A stretch of DNA of 63,566 nucleotides, counting the filler, from Octopus bimaculoides (taxonomy: Eukaryota): NCBI RefSeq assembly GCF_001194135.2. It is 6 parts of 6 records of this genome, joined end to end, with 100 filler letters (N's around TTAATTAATTAA, not from the genome) between each part and the next. Parts side by side here need not be neighbours in the genome. Positions count along the whole stretch, not along the records: positions 1 to 21,788 come from NC_069003.1; positions 21,889 to 34,906 come from NC_068991.1; 4 more parts are not named here. One strand, given 5' to 3'. Of this stretch, positions 12,745 through 25,199 are shown in pieces. The position numbers and the translations under genes are program-made. Below the pieces are notes generated by a model. It saw only the letters and a list, made by a program, of their open reading frames with translations, made no database searches and was not told the DNA's origin. Each line of letters starts with the position of its first letter. Within the stretch, counting starts at the first letter, position 1.

Positions 12745-12935
12745 GTGGCAGCTGATGAAGGAGATGTTTCTATGTGGCTTGCTTGTTTGTTGTACCTTGT
12801 TTATCATTTTGTCCATGTTCTTTTGCCACGTCATGTACCCAGTTATGTATCTATATGTACATGTAGATGAAGGTATGTACATACATGTACATATATATGC
12901 ATATACTCATATATTGTTTATATATATATATATAT
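12745..12935 (+). mobile_element. Unclassified repeat family (homologous to 57965-58124 and 3491-3550)
   Basis: CTGATGAAGG...CTATGTGGC...TGTACCCAG...GATGAAGGTATGTACATACATGTACATATATATGCATATACTCAT. Confidence 0.7.
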
Positions 12936-13261
12936 NNNNNNNNNNNNNNNNNNNNNNNNNNNNNNNNNNNNNNNNNNNNNNNNNNNNNNNNNNNNNNNNN
13001 NNNNNNNNNNNNNNNNNNNNNNNNNNNNNNNNNNNNNNNNNNNNNNNNNNNNNNNNNNNNNNNNNNNNNNNNNNNNNNNNNNNNNNNNNNNNNNNNNNNN
13101 NNNNNNNNNNNNNNNNNNNNNNNNNNNNNNNNNNNNNNNNNNNNNNNNNNNNNNNNNNNNNNNNNNNNNNNNNNNNNNNNNGCACGTATGTAACGTACGT
13201 AAGTACGTACGTACGTATGTATGTATTTATGCATGTATGTATGTATATATATATGTATGTA

Positions 13262-13297
<36 letters not shown>

Positions 13298-13669
13298 TGT
13301 ATGTATGTATGTATGTGTGTGAGATAGAGAAAGGGGGAATTAGAAAAAAAAACATACTGATTGAAATAGAGAGCAAAACAAGGCCTAAATGGGTAAAAGT
13401 CCCAATAGCTTGAGAAGTGTAGCTACATTTCTTTTTTTGTAGTGATCAAAAGTTTCGCTCTAGTAAACGCTGGACAAAGAATATTCAAGGAATGTGCCCA
13501 TACACACACACATGTGCTTCGGTGTATTTTAGCGTTCCTCTCTCTCTCTCTCTCATCCCTTTCTCGATATATATTCTTTTACTTGTTTCAGTCATTTACT
13601 TGCGGCCATGCTGGAGCGCCGACTTTAGTTGAACAATTCATCACTAGGACTTGTTCTTTCCCCATTTAC

Positions 13670-14398
13670 TACACCGGCAGTCTGCTCGCCTAAGTTCTTC
13701 ATGCTGAATACGTGCACTCTCAAAAGTATCGACCCCCTCCTTAACCTGCTTCTCCCAGTTAGTCTCCTGCATATCACAAGCCTTTAATGAGGACTTGACA
13801 CAGTCCTTAAAATGCAGCCTTGGTTTCTGCCGGGGTCTCTTTCCATTCTCAAGTTCCCCATATAGCATCTGCTTAGGGATCCTACTATCCTTCATTCTAA
13901 TAAGATATCCAATCTAACGTATCCGGTGCTTGTGCACCATCGCCTCAATACTCAAAATATGAGCTGTCTTCATGACCTGTGTGTCTGGAGTTTTTAAGGT
14001 CCAGCTAACATTCAGAATGTGTCTCAGACATCTCTGATGAAAGCATTCAAGGACCCTTACATGACATTTGTAAAGGGTCCATGTCTCACATGAGTAAAGG
14101 AGCGATGTCAATACACATGCACGGTACACAGCAATTTTTGTTTGCTTTCTGATGCCATGCTGGGACCAGACATGAGACTAAAGAGACCGGAAGGAATCAG
14201 TTGCTCTCAGCAGCCTGAAAGATATTTCATCATCCAGGGAGCAAGAATGGCCGAGTGTGCTGCCCAGGAAAAACAAACTCGTTTACCACTTTCAGAATTG
14301 TTCCTTCAACCAAGACAGCTGGTTCCACATATGGATTTCCTGGTGCAGGCTGGAACATTACAATAGTCTTGTCCAGACTAATGTTGAGTCCAAATGCC
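13670..14398 (-). mobile_element. RTE-clade (BovB-like) LINE, RT C-terminal region
   Basis: AFGLNISLDKTIVMFQPAPG...TKIAVYRACVLTSLLYSCETWTLY...FHQRCLRHILNVSW...RIPKQMLYGELENGKRPRQKPRLHFKD. Confidence 0.92.
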
Positions 14399-14729
14399 TG
14401 GCAGTGCTACCGAGGGATGCTGCCTGTTCGGGATACACTTTACAGGCACAGAAGTGCCGTGAGCCGGGCCTGCCTGAGGTGCGCAGAACAATGAAATCGT
14501 TCTGTACGCCCTAGTCCAGTGCCCGGGTATTGCTGACCTATGGGTTTATGTCGAACACCTGCTGTCGCGTGTAGGACGGATCCGGCTATCAGCTGAATCC
14601 ATTGTGAAGATTGCCCCGCCGCCCGCTTTTGGACGGGAGGGACAGGCAAATTTTATTAGTCTAGTGGCTGTAGCGGAAGACACTTTCCTCATCAACTTTT
14701 TCAAGTTTCACTTGACAAGGAAGTGTGTT
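14396..14729 (+). mobile_element. Tx1/L1-type LINE C-terminal fragment (same family as 6960-7865)
   Basis: AWQCYRGMLPVRDTLYRHRSAVSRACLRCAEQ...LVQCPGIADLWVYVEHLLSRVGRIRLSAESIVKIAPPP. Confidence 0.8.
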
Positions 14730-15542
14730 NNNNNNNNNNNNNNNNNNNNNNNNNNNNNNNNNNNNNNNNNNNNNNNNNNNNNNNNNNNNNNNNNNNNNNN
14801 NNNNNNNNNNNNNNNNNNNNNNNNNNNNNNNNNNNNNNNNNNNNNNNNNNNNNNNNNNNNNNNNNNNNNNNNNNNNNNNNNNNNNNNNNNNNNNNNNNNN
14901 NNNNNNNNNNNNNNNNNNNNNNNNNNNNNNNNNNNNNNNNNNNNNNNNNNNNNNNNNNNNNNNNNNNNNNNNNNNNNNNNNNNNNNNNNNNNNNNNNNNN
15001 NNNNNNNNNNNNNNNNNNNNNNNNNNNNNNNNNNNNNNNNNNNNNNNNNNNNNNNNNNNNNNNNNNNNNNNNNNNNNNNNNNNNNNNNNNNNNNNNNNNN
15101 NNNNNNNNNNNNNNNNNNNNNNNNNNNNNNNNNNNNNNNNNNNNNNNNNNNNNNNNNNNNNNNNNNNNNNNNNNNNNNNNNNNNNNNNNNNNNNNNNNNN
15201 NNNNNNNNNNNNNNNNNNNNNNNNNNNNNNNNNNNNNNNNNNNNNNNNNNNNNNNNNNNNNNNNNNNNNNNNNNNNNNNNNNNNNNNNNNNNNNNNNNNN
15301 NNNNNNNNNNNNNNNNNNNNNNNNNNNNNNNNNNNNNNNNNNNNNNNNNNNNNNNNNNNNNNNNNNNNNNNNNNNNNNNNNNNNNNNNNNNNNNNNNNNN
15401 NNNNNNNNNNNNNNNNNNNNNNNNNNNNNNNNNNNNNNNNNNNNNNNNNNNNNNNNNNNNNNNNNNNNNNNNNNNNNNNNNNNNNNNNNNNNNNNNNNNN
15501 NNNNNNNNNNNNNNNNNNNNNNNNNNNNNNNNNNNNNNNNNN

Positions 15543-15646
15543 CTTCTTCTTCTTCTTCTTCTTCTTCTTCTTCTTCTTCTTCTTCTTCTTCTTCTTCTTC
15601 TTCTTCTTCTTCTTCTTCTTCTTCTTCTTCTTCTTCTTCTTCTTCT
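15543..15646. repeat. Perfect (CTT)n trinucleotide repeat
   Basis: Direct observation; begins at a gap. Confidence 0.97.
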
Positions 15647-17439
15647 CAGCTAGGCCGGTCTGGCATATTTCTGATTCGTTGAAGGTATGGTTTCAACAAC
15701 GGACAAGATATAGTTGCATTGTTGGTTTCTTTCTTCTTCTTCTTCAGACGCCTGACCCACTCATTACAATGGGCGCAGATTTGCTTGTTTTTGAGTCTGA
15801 TGGATTGAGTATGTTGAATGAGCTTGCTCGTCAACGTAATCCCTAAAGACCGAAGTAATTTTTCCCAATTAACATTTCTTATTGTTATATCTCTGTCTGA
15901 CTGAGAATGATATTATCCTCAGAGAGCCTTTTGAGATGATCACCAAGAAGTAAGTATCGCAGTGTAGACACAAGCATAAGCAATTAAAGAAATCTGTAAT
16001 AATAAGTACAGAGAAACATGTAATGTCTAGCTCCACTCCATACCAAGGGATTTTGCTGTTTTTCTTTCTGCATACACTCAAAAACTTACATGGTTTACGT
16101 ACACTTTCTAAACCTGTTTGTCTGGGATGATCTAAGTAGCCTATTTAACCTAGAATTGGCTTCAACAGCCACTGGACGTTATGCCCTCCATGTAAGAGGC
16201 ACATCCTTTTTTTTCTTTTCGTTATGATCCTTAAGTATTTTAACGCTAAATAATTGTTGACCATCCACAATGCGTCAATGTGTTTCATTTTAGAATATTG
16301 GTCACAAAAATATTGACTATCAGAAAAATATTCAATATACCTTCCCAGAGGAGGGCCATCTTGGTGATCGGTAAACATTCAGTCACCATCACGTTACTCC
16401 AGTGAGCATCTTAATATAATTTTTAACAACATCTTTCTCTCTTGACTTATTACTACAACAGCAGTCATTAGACCGATTTTTTCTCAGAAATTGCACGCCG
16501 CTCACTCAGACTTCTCTGATCCCCATAGCAGCCTTTTTGTTGTAGTTCCTCCTGTGTTTCATCCCAGATCACGCACCGAATACTGTGTCATTCTTCTTCC
16601 CTATGACCCATGTTTTACTTTCCAGCATTGAACTCGTCAAACTTTATCAGCATCAAACAAAGTTCACTGACTTTGGACAGCAAAATCTAAGGATATTTTC
16701 CCAATTTTATATATTTATTTTATTTATTATTATTATTTTATTTGATTTTTTTTGTAAAAGAAAGGCTGTACAGAGTGCCTTCGCGGATATTTTATCATTT
16801 TTAATTCAATTTAACACAGCAAGAAAAAGATGTATCTCCGAAACTCCACTTTAGATATTAGTACACTTTTAAATCAGAGTAATTGCCGCTATACATTTAG
16901 ACAAGTTGCTGTATATTATCAAATCGAATGAAAATATGCTGTTGATCAAGTGTATTTTCTCTGTCCTTTGAACAAAAGAAAGAAAGAAGACGCTTAAACA
17001 ATACTTTCTTTATAACTTATCAAATTACTACAACAACATAACACGACTCGTCTTCCTGTTACACCTGTACACAGATAATATGTCATCGTTCTTGATTACT
17101 GCCTTGCTTTCATGATTTTTAGCTCTGGTTTCTTTTCTTTACCTTATTTTCTTCATATTTGGTTGCATTACGGTGTGTGAGAAACAAACTTAACTCCAAA
17201 GAAGACGCTAGAATTTCTCAAGTAACTTTTGAAGTAAGGCTTCGTCACAGTTACATGATTTCAAGCGATGCACGTGTCTTTCCGCACGGAGAAACTCACA
17301 ACTCACTCGTTAGCAAAGCAACTTCTTATCCCAAGCCATTTTCTCTAAATGCACTTTAATTATTTCAGTTCATTTTTTCTTCTTCTCCTCCTTGTCCTCT
17401 TCCTCCTCCCACTACTACTACTACTACTACTACAATAAT

Positions 17440-17592
17440 GATGATAATTCCAAATTTTAGTACAAGGTCAGCAATTTATCGACACCGATGAAAAGCAAAG
17501 TCGACATGGGCAGAATTTGAACTCAGAACGTAAAGACGGACGAAATGCCGCTAAGCATTTCGTCCGGCCTGCTAACGGTTCTGCCAGTTCGC
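17440..17592 (-). mobile_element. SINE family B, internally deleted copy
   Basis: GAATTTGAACTCAGAACG...GCTAACGGTTCTGCCAGTTCGCCG. Confidence 0.8.
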
Positions 17593-17599
17593 CGTCTAC

Positions 17600-17910
17600 T
17601 AGTGAGAACCAAGATCATAGTCCCCAACACACAGAAATGCGAAGGGAACCGGCCCAGATTATGAGTAGTAAGAGCTCTGCAGTCTTGGTTGACGATCTTA
17701 CTAGAGATAGTGTCCAACTCTTAAGGCCTGCTATTCGTCTTGGACTAGTCGATTGAAGTGCTGCTAAAAAGCTGTACACATCTATTCAGGGCGAGAAACA
17801 TGCGCCCACTATACTCTGCCAAAGACCGAGCCGTAGTAGCTTTGTTGTTACGTTGTGTCAACAGAGTCCATCGAACAACTTTCGTCCACTCCTGTCTTAC
17901 GGTGTGCACC
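17600..17910 (-). mobile_element. Possible CR1/Jockey-group LINE relic
   Basis: Minus-strand KATTARSLAEYSGRMF weakly resembles the KAQIRPSLEYCSHVW-type RT C-terminus; heavily degenerate. Confidence 0.3.
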
Positions 17911-18009
17911 TTAGTTCTAACAATAGAGCCTTCGTGCTTTACCTTAACTTTCCTAAGTGTCTCTTCAAAGTTTCTATGTCTCTATTTTATTTTTTCTATT
18001 TCTTTCAGG

Positions 18010-18215
18010 GTTTAATATATACAACTTTGCCTCTCCCTGGAAAAGCCAGGCTTTGTGCCTAGAGTAGAAAGGATTTTTATTATTATTATTAACAGAAAGG
18101 GCGATAAATTGGCAGAATCGTTACTGCGTCGGACAAAATGTCTTGTGGCATTTGTACCATCTCTTTTGCCTTCTTAGTTCAAATATGCCACGCGTTTTGT
18201 TTTTCCCATAGTGAC

Positions 18216-18263
<48 letters not shown>

Positions 18264-18430
18264 ATCACAATACTTAATTGATACTTTATCGATCCCATGA
18301 GAATGAATGGCAAAGATACGAATTTGAGAGTGTTTTAGTGGATTACAGAGACTGGAGAAAAATGAAAGGCAAAGTTGACATCGCCACGATTTGAACTCAG
18401 AAGAGAAAGCACCATGTCCGATGATTCCTT
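18010..18430. mobile_element. Cluster of diverged SINE family B fragments around an (AG)n tract
   Basis: GGCAGAATCGTTA...GTTCAAAT on + and GATTTGAACTCAG on -. Confidence 0.6.
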
Positions 18431-18835
18431 CAAAAGGTCACTGGATAAAAGTAGTGCAAACGAAATCATTGCATTTCATTGTCTAATGAGGTAAAGAAAA
18501 CATCTGATGGCTTTTAAAAGTTACCTACGTAGGTCGTCTTAAATTTCAAACAATACCTAAGATAGAATGAAACATGTAAAACTCCAAAAAATGTGTATAT
18601 GGGATTAAAATACTGAAAAACTAGATTTTACGTTAGCGATATGCTGTTATCCGATATCAGTCTGTTTGGTCGAGTGTTAAAGATCAAATCGCGTCATGTA
18701 GCTATCAAGTAAAATGTTAACAGCTGTAACCGGCTTTCAGTTTTCCTTCACCTCGTTAGAAATATTATAGCAATTGCGAACATTCTCTATGTCATCCGAA
18801 GTCAACACACCCAGACACACATACATACAGACACG

Positions 18836-18866
<31 letters not shown>

Positions 18867-19397
18867 GCATACACACACGTGCAACACACACACACACACG
18901 TGCAACACACCAGCACAATACGCTCTAACAAACATGACTACGTTTGCCATTGTCGAAAGGGCACACCTAATAAGCAGTTACCTCAACACACACACACACA
19001 CAAATCTGCTCTACTCAAGCAGACATATGATGATGAAAGGCGTTCCAACCAGAACCATTACGTCTTTTTGTATAATTACATTGTCCAATGTGTATTTGTA
19101 ATCGTTTCGTTAGTGGAAGAAAGGGGAGTGCTCCATGACCCTTTTCAGAGCCTCTGAGACTGGAAAGCAGGGGTGAGTTAGTTTTTATGGAGCCAGAGAC
19201 CTGCTCTTAATGCTTTCAACAGGTTGAAAAGGTATCTAAGAACCACCTAATTGTGATAGTGGTGTAAAACTGGGCAACGGATGAAGTCTGATTTTAGGAG
19301 GATTTAGCTTCTATTTCTAAAAGATCGAGTAACCTAGTAGAGGCTCGCTCGTTAGTTCATTCGAATGAAATTTGTTGTTGTTGTTGCTGTTATAAAG

Positions 19398-19540
19398 CGG
19401 AGGCGCGTGGCTTAGTGGTTGAAGTGTTGTATTAATGATCATCAAATTTCGGTTTCGATTCCTGGACCCGGTGATGCTTTGTATTCCAGAGCAAAGCATT
19501 TCATTTGACATTGCTCCCGTCCACTCAGCTGGCAAAAAGG
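19398..19540 (+). mobile_element. tRNA-derived SINE head
   Basis: GGAGGCGCGTGGCTTAGTGGTT (A box) ... GGTTTCGATTCC (B box); no acceptor stem closure. Confidence 0.7.
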
Positions 19541-20170
19541 AGTTTCACCTGCAACCAACGGAGCGGTATCCGAGGCTGAGAGGAGGAATATTCACACGCC
19601 AAAGAATGTAGGAAAGCGGCCTCGTGAGCCTATGGACGGTCAAGAACCGCTGATCTTTTTTTCTTTTGTTGTTTATAGCTTTAAGGTCCACCCACCACAC
19701 ACACACACACACGCAATCGGGCAAATTGTAATCAAAGGCAAATCAGCCTTGACATCACCTTAATTTCAGACATCTACGACTATATTATGTCCTTCCTCTT
19801 ATGAGGCAGTTGTATGTGATGTAAAGGAAATTTTACCGCTTTTTCTAACTGGTTAGATGACCGTATAGGGGCTCCCCTCGATGGCTCTTCCTCTCTCAAA
19901 ATATTTGTTTCATCTTGAGATGGCAAACACATCGAAGTTCATTTATGTCCATTTCCATTTGTCATAAAATCGTCATCCACAATACAAGTTTAGAAAAGTA
20001 TGCTCATTGCTAATGATTCTTCTTCTTCACACTTCCAATATTACTCTTTTATGTGTAAAAAAAAAAAACGACAAGGCTGAAAGACTGAATGGTCATGGTT
20101 TATACTCAACTTTATAGAAATATGAAAGTGCCTCAACGAAGGAAACTATTATACAGATCATTAAAGTAGC

Positions 20171-20266
20171 CTATACAAGAGTCAACGAGGAACTCTATAG
20201 ACGAGTCAACGTGAGGCTGTATACATTAGTCAACGTGGGAACTTATACATTGACCAACGACAAGAC
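20171..20266. repeat. Degenerate minisatellite, ~24-nt unit x4 (TATACAnnAGTCAACG core)
   Basis: Direct alignment of the four units. Confidence 0.7.
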
Positions 20267-21280
20267 TTTCAATAGTACATTTCAAAGTTGAAAATTCTAG
20301 AAATATTGTTTGCTGAGTTATTGTATAACGAAACAGGGAGTTGGAAAATTAATTGGTAATATTAATTCACCATTATACATGTTTCATTTGCTACAAGGAA
20401 CTACAGCTTTATGTGTTAGACATGTAAAACTCTTTAATTCCCATAAGAAATGAAACATGTTTGGTGGGGATTAAATAATACCAATAAATTTTCCAACTTC
20501 CTGTTTTGTCCCTTTTCTCTAATGTATATACATATATATACATGCATTATATATCATACATATATATTGTGTCTGAGGAGGATCATTTTGTTTTAATGCC
20601 TTATTAATTAACACAGGAATTCACATAAAGAATCTTGCAAACCAAATACAAAAACGACATATATATATATGTCGTGGGAGTTCCTGCATGGTCACTTGAA
20701 CGGCTAGAAAGAGCAACCAAATCTTTCTCAAATCGTACCTACCTACCTTCTTAAAAATAAGCATGTTGAGTAGTGAAGATCGGGATTTGCTGCACTTAAG
20801 AAAATGACGGAATTGTCATAACTGGAACGCCTTAGATAATAGGTTTGCTAAATAAAGACTGATTTGGAACTACACAACCAAAAAGCCAAAAAAACCGGCC
20901 AAAACTATATCAAAGACACTGGCGTTGCACTACAAAGTGAGAAAATATTTACGACCCCAACTACTAATACCTTTATTAGTTGCTGGGGATTCCTGTATGT
21001 ATGTTATTTTACTGTAATAGAGAAATAAGAAATCTTTTTTTTTTTTTAATTTTTGCATGCTTTCACGAAGATTTTAAAAAGTCTTGTGCCATGGGAATAC
21101 AAACCAATCTGTAAGAAGCAGAGGAATGTCAAACAGAGAGTGCGAAGGAACAAAGTATCACGTGCTAGTCAACATATCGTTATTTGCTTTTATCTTGAAA
21201 TCCCAAAGTATGTGCTCTGGCAGGAATTTTGTGTTGTTTATACACACATATATACTGATAGATCGCTCTCTCTCCATATA

Positions 21281-21320
<40 letters not shown>

Positions 21321-21420
21321 TGAATAACTGAGGGTGTTAGAACAACTACACTGCTAGAAATAAGAGCTGAAGAGTTCTGTTGCTGCTGTCAATGCACATA
21401 AATTGTATACATACACGCTT

Positions 21421-21788
21421 GCAGGGACCGTGAATGGCCGGAAAATGGTGAGGATCTATTTTAAAACGGGGGCACCAGTATTTTCTTAACGAAACACTTT
21501 GAAACTTGGGACACTGGTAGAATGTGTCATATAAAACATCTTTTACTCTTAGTCTTCTTAACAAAAAAAAAGGAATTCGCAAGTTATTCCATGTTAAAGT
21601 TGTCGTATTTCTGTAATTTCAACCAATCACTGACGTCTATTCAGCTGAATAGAGTTACTGCTGGGCGGTCATAAAAATGTTATTCCCTGTGACATATTTC
21701 ATCCGGTTTAATCGTAATTTATACGCATATATTGTTTATATAATAAATTACGTTGTGCGTATCTATGTGTGTAACAATTTTAGAGTTC
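21421..21788 (+). mobile_element. Probable Tc1/mariner-type element left end, cut by a gap
   Basis: Starts CAGGG after a TA/CA-rich flank; composition resembles Tc1 subterminal sequence; no partner TIR visible. Confidence 0.35.
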
Positions 21789-22279
21789 NNNNNNNNNNNN
21801 NNNNNNNNNNNNNNNNNNNNNNNNNNNNNNNNTTAATTAATTAANNNNNNNNNNNNNNNNNNNNNNNNNNNNNNNNNNNNNNNNNNNNTAACCTTGACAG
21901 GATTCAAACTGAAATGGGCCCATCATGTATGTGTGTGTGTGTGTGTGTGTATACATATATATATATATATATATATGGATCGAGGACTTTTCGTCTAAAA
22001 CACTTTACTTTAATAATCCTTTCTGTCTTTAGATGAAAATGCTTTTAGACCAAAGTGTCTTCAACTAAAGTGGTTTAGACCAAAGTGCTATATCCCATAT
22101 AAATATATATACGATGGGCTGCTTTCAGTTTCTGTCTCCCAAATCCACTCACAAGGTTATAGTAACAGACACTTGCTCGAGATGCCATGCTGTGGGACGG
22201 AACCAAAGATTATGTGGTTGTGAAGTGAACTTCTCACCACAGCCACATATATGCATTATATATATACATATATAGACAC

Positions 22280-22650
22280 CCGGTGGGGGCGCAATGGCCC
22301 AGCGGTCATAGGATCGCGGTTTCAATTCCCAGACCAGGCGTTGTGAGTGTTTATTGAGCGAAAACACCTAAAGCTCCATGAGGCTCCGGCAGGGGATGGT
22401 GACGAACCTTGCTGTACTCTTCCACCACAACTTCCTCTCACTCTTTCTTCTTGTTTCTATTGTACCTGTATTTCAAAGGACCAGCCTTGTCACACTGTGT
22501 CACGCTAAATATCCCCGAGAACCACGTTAAGGGTACACATGTCTGTGGAGTGCTCAGCCACTTGCACGTTAATTTCACGAGCAGGCTCTTCCGGTGATTG
22601 GATCAACTGGAACCCTCGACGTCATAAGCGACGGAGTGCTAACAACAACA
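22280..22650 (+). mobile_element. SINE family C, near full length
   Basis: tRNA-like head GGGGCGCAATGGCCCAGCGG...TTCAATTCCC; 3' part recurs reversed at 60035-60345 and 63485-63566; (AAC)n tail. Confidence 0.85.
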
Positions 22651-22769
22651 TGGTCTGCAAGTTTTAAGAGAGGGGGTTAGAATATACTAAGGCTGAGGTT
22701 CAAGAACATTTATATACTATATTGCATATTTTAAAAAATTACATTTCTCACTAAATACTAACAATTATG

Positions 22770-23096
22770 ACTGGTGCCATGCAAAAGTCACCTGTGCCGG
22801 CACCACGTAAAAAGTGCCCGTGCTGGCACCATGTAAGAACCCATGCTAGCACCACATAAAAGCACCTGTGTCAGCTTCATGTAAAATCCACCCATGCCAG
22901 TGCCATGTAAAAAGCACATGTGCTGGTGCTATTTACAAGCACCTAGTACTCTCTGTAAAGTGGATGGCATCCAGCTGTAGAAATCATGCTGAAACAGAAG
23001 AATGGTGCCTGGTGCAGCCCTCCAGCTTGCTAGCTCCTCTCAAACTATCCCATCCATGCCAGCAGAGAGAATGGATGTCGAATGATGATGATGATG
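22770..23096 (+). mobile_element. Retroposon 3' part with tandem ~22-nt repeats and (GAT)n tail
   Basis: About seven GTGCCGG/CACGTAAAAAGCACC-like units, then a tail shared with 938-1139 and 51395-51805. Confidence 0.75.
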
Positions 23097-23377
23097 AAGA
23101 ATTCTTTTACATGCCACAAAAGCGACTGACAATTAGAATAGGAATTTCAAACAGAGTGATAATTTATATTTTGGTGGGATGGTGAAAAGTTCATTAAATC
23201 ACTGACAATATATTACTGATATGTGCTTAGTTTATCAAACACTGGATAGAAGAAAGGAGAACTAGAAGCTAAAGGAGTGGATATTTCAATTCTGAATATA
23301 TAATAGAGAAGTAACTGAACACTACAAAATAAATTTATCTGATATTTTGCCACTGCCACCACTACAACAATAAAAAT

Positions 23378-24298
23378 GGTTCCAAATTTTGGTACAAGGC
23401 CTGAAATTTCGTGGGAGGGGATAAGTCGATTACGTTGACTCAGTGCTCAATTGGTACTTACTTTATCAACCCTGAGAAGATAAAAGGCAAAGTCAACCTC
23501 GGTGACACTTGAACTTAAAATGTAAAGAACCAGAAGAAATCTTGCTAAGAATTTTTGTCCACTCTGCTAACAATTCTGTCAGTTTGCTGCCATCATAATA
23601 ATGATAATGATGTTGATGATAATGGGTTGAAATTTTGACACAAGGCCTGCATTCTTAAAGGAGGAAGTAAGTTGATTACACTGACCCCAGTATTAAACTG
23701 GTACTTAGTTTATCAACCCTGAAAGGGGTAACAGGCAAAGTTGACCTCAGTGGGATTTCAGCTAAGAACACAAACAACTGGAAGAAATGTTGCTAAGCCT
23801 TATGTGCAACACTCTAATGGTTCTGCCAGTTAGCTGCCCTAATAATGATAATAATAATAATAATAATAATAATGATGATAATAATAATCCTTCCTACTAT
23901 AGGCACAAGGCCTGAAACTATGGGGGAGGGGACTAGTCAATTACATCGACCCCAGTGTTTCACTGGTACTTAATTTATCGACCCCGAAAGGATGAAAGGC
24001 AAGGTCGACTTCAGCGGAATTTGAACCCAGAATGTAGTGACAGGCAAAATACTGCTAAGCATTTCTTCCAGCATGCTAACGATTCTGCCAGCTCGTCACC
24101 TTAATAATAATAATTCTTTCTACTATATGCATGAGGCCTAAAATTTGGAAATTTGAGGAAGGGAAACTAGTCAATTACATCAATCTCAGTGCTCAACTGG
24201 TACTTATTTTATCAGCCCTGAAAGGATGAAGGGCAAAGTCGACATTAATGGAATTTGAACTCAGACAGAATGTACAGCCTGACAAAATGCTGCCAGAC
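23378..24298 (-). mobile_element. Array of four SINE family B copies linked by (TAA)n
   Basis: Repeated CAAGGCCTGAAA...CCCCAGT...GAAAGGATGAAAGGC...GAATTTGAAC units. Confidence 0.9.
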
Positions 24299-24987
24299 NN
24301 NNNNNNNNNNNNNNNNNNNNNNNNNNNNNNNNNNNNNNNNNNNNNNNNNNNNNNNNNNNNNNNNNNNNNNNNNNNNNNNNNNNNNNNNNNNNNNNNNNNN
24401 NNNNNNNNNNNNNNNNNNNNNNNNNNNNNNNNNNNNNNNNNNNNNNNNNNNNNNNNNNNNNNNNNNNNNNNNNNNNNNNNNNNNNNNNNNNNNNNNNNNN
24501 NNNNNNNNNNNNNNNNNNNNNNNNNNNNNNNNNNNNNNNNNNNNNNNNNNNNNNNNNNNNNNNNNNNNNNNNNNNNNNNNNNNNNNNNNNNNNNNNNNNN
24601 NNNNNNNNNNNNNNNNNNNNNNNNNNNNNNNNNNNNNNNNNNNNNNNNNNNNNNNNNNNNNNNNNNNNNNNNNNNNNNNNNNNNNNNNNNNNNNNNNNNN
24701 NNNNNNNNNNNNNNNNNNNNNNNNNNNNNNNNNNNNNNNNNNNNNNNNNNNNCGTCGTCATAGTTTTAACATCTCCTTTTCATTGCTTGCACATGACAAA
24801 CAGTATTTCTTGTGGCTAATTTTCTACAGCTGGATGCCGTTCCAGTCACCAAGCCTCACTTATTTCCAAGTAAGGTAATATTTCTCATGACCAGATATGT
24901 TTTCACAGAAGATTTGAAACAGAGGACACCACTTGCATAATGTCGACATTCGTTTACAACTACCACATGAAGCCAAGGTAAGGAGAG

Positions 24988-25019
<32 letters not shown>

Positions 25020-25024
<5 letters not shown>

Positions 25025-25175
25025 ATGGGCTTCTTTCAGTTTCCATCTTCCAACTCCATTTACAAGGCTTTGGTCAGCCAGGGGCTCTAGTAGAAGGTGC
25101 CCAAAGTGCCATGGAGTGAGACTGAACTCAAGACTATGTGGCTGGGAAGCAAACCTTTTACCACACAGCCATGCC
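25020..25175 (-). mobile_element. SINE family A, 5' half
   Basis: GATGGGCTTCTTTCAGTTTCC...CCCAAAGTGCC...ACCACACAGCCA. Confidence 0.8.
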
Positions 25176-25199
25176 TGCACCTACATATAATGAAAATGC

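Noticed and set aside
15869-16378. TERT-like reading (PWYG ~ motif E PWCG; GPPLG ~ GIPQG)
   Set aside because: The catalytic DD is absent (MVNNY), the motifs are short, and the spacing is unconvincing; kept only as unassigned coding-like sequence.
19398-19470. tRNA gene candidates (also 7957, 22285 and 59577)
   Set aside because: They have A/B boxes only, no complete cloverleaf, and continue into SINE bodies.
21789-21888. TTAATTAATTAA embedded in N runs (also at 34951, 47862, 51963 and 61911)
   Set aside because: It is an identical 12-mer with 44 N on each side (100 nt total) and gives stops in all six frames: a synthetic scaffold-join marker. Contiguity across these joins should not be assumed.
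23378-24298. CRISPR-like or functional RNA array
   Set aside because: The units are ~200-bp diverged SINEs joined by microsatellites, in a eukaryotic context with no cas genes.
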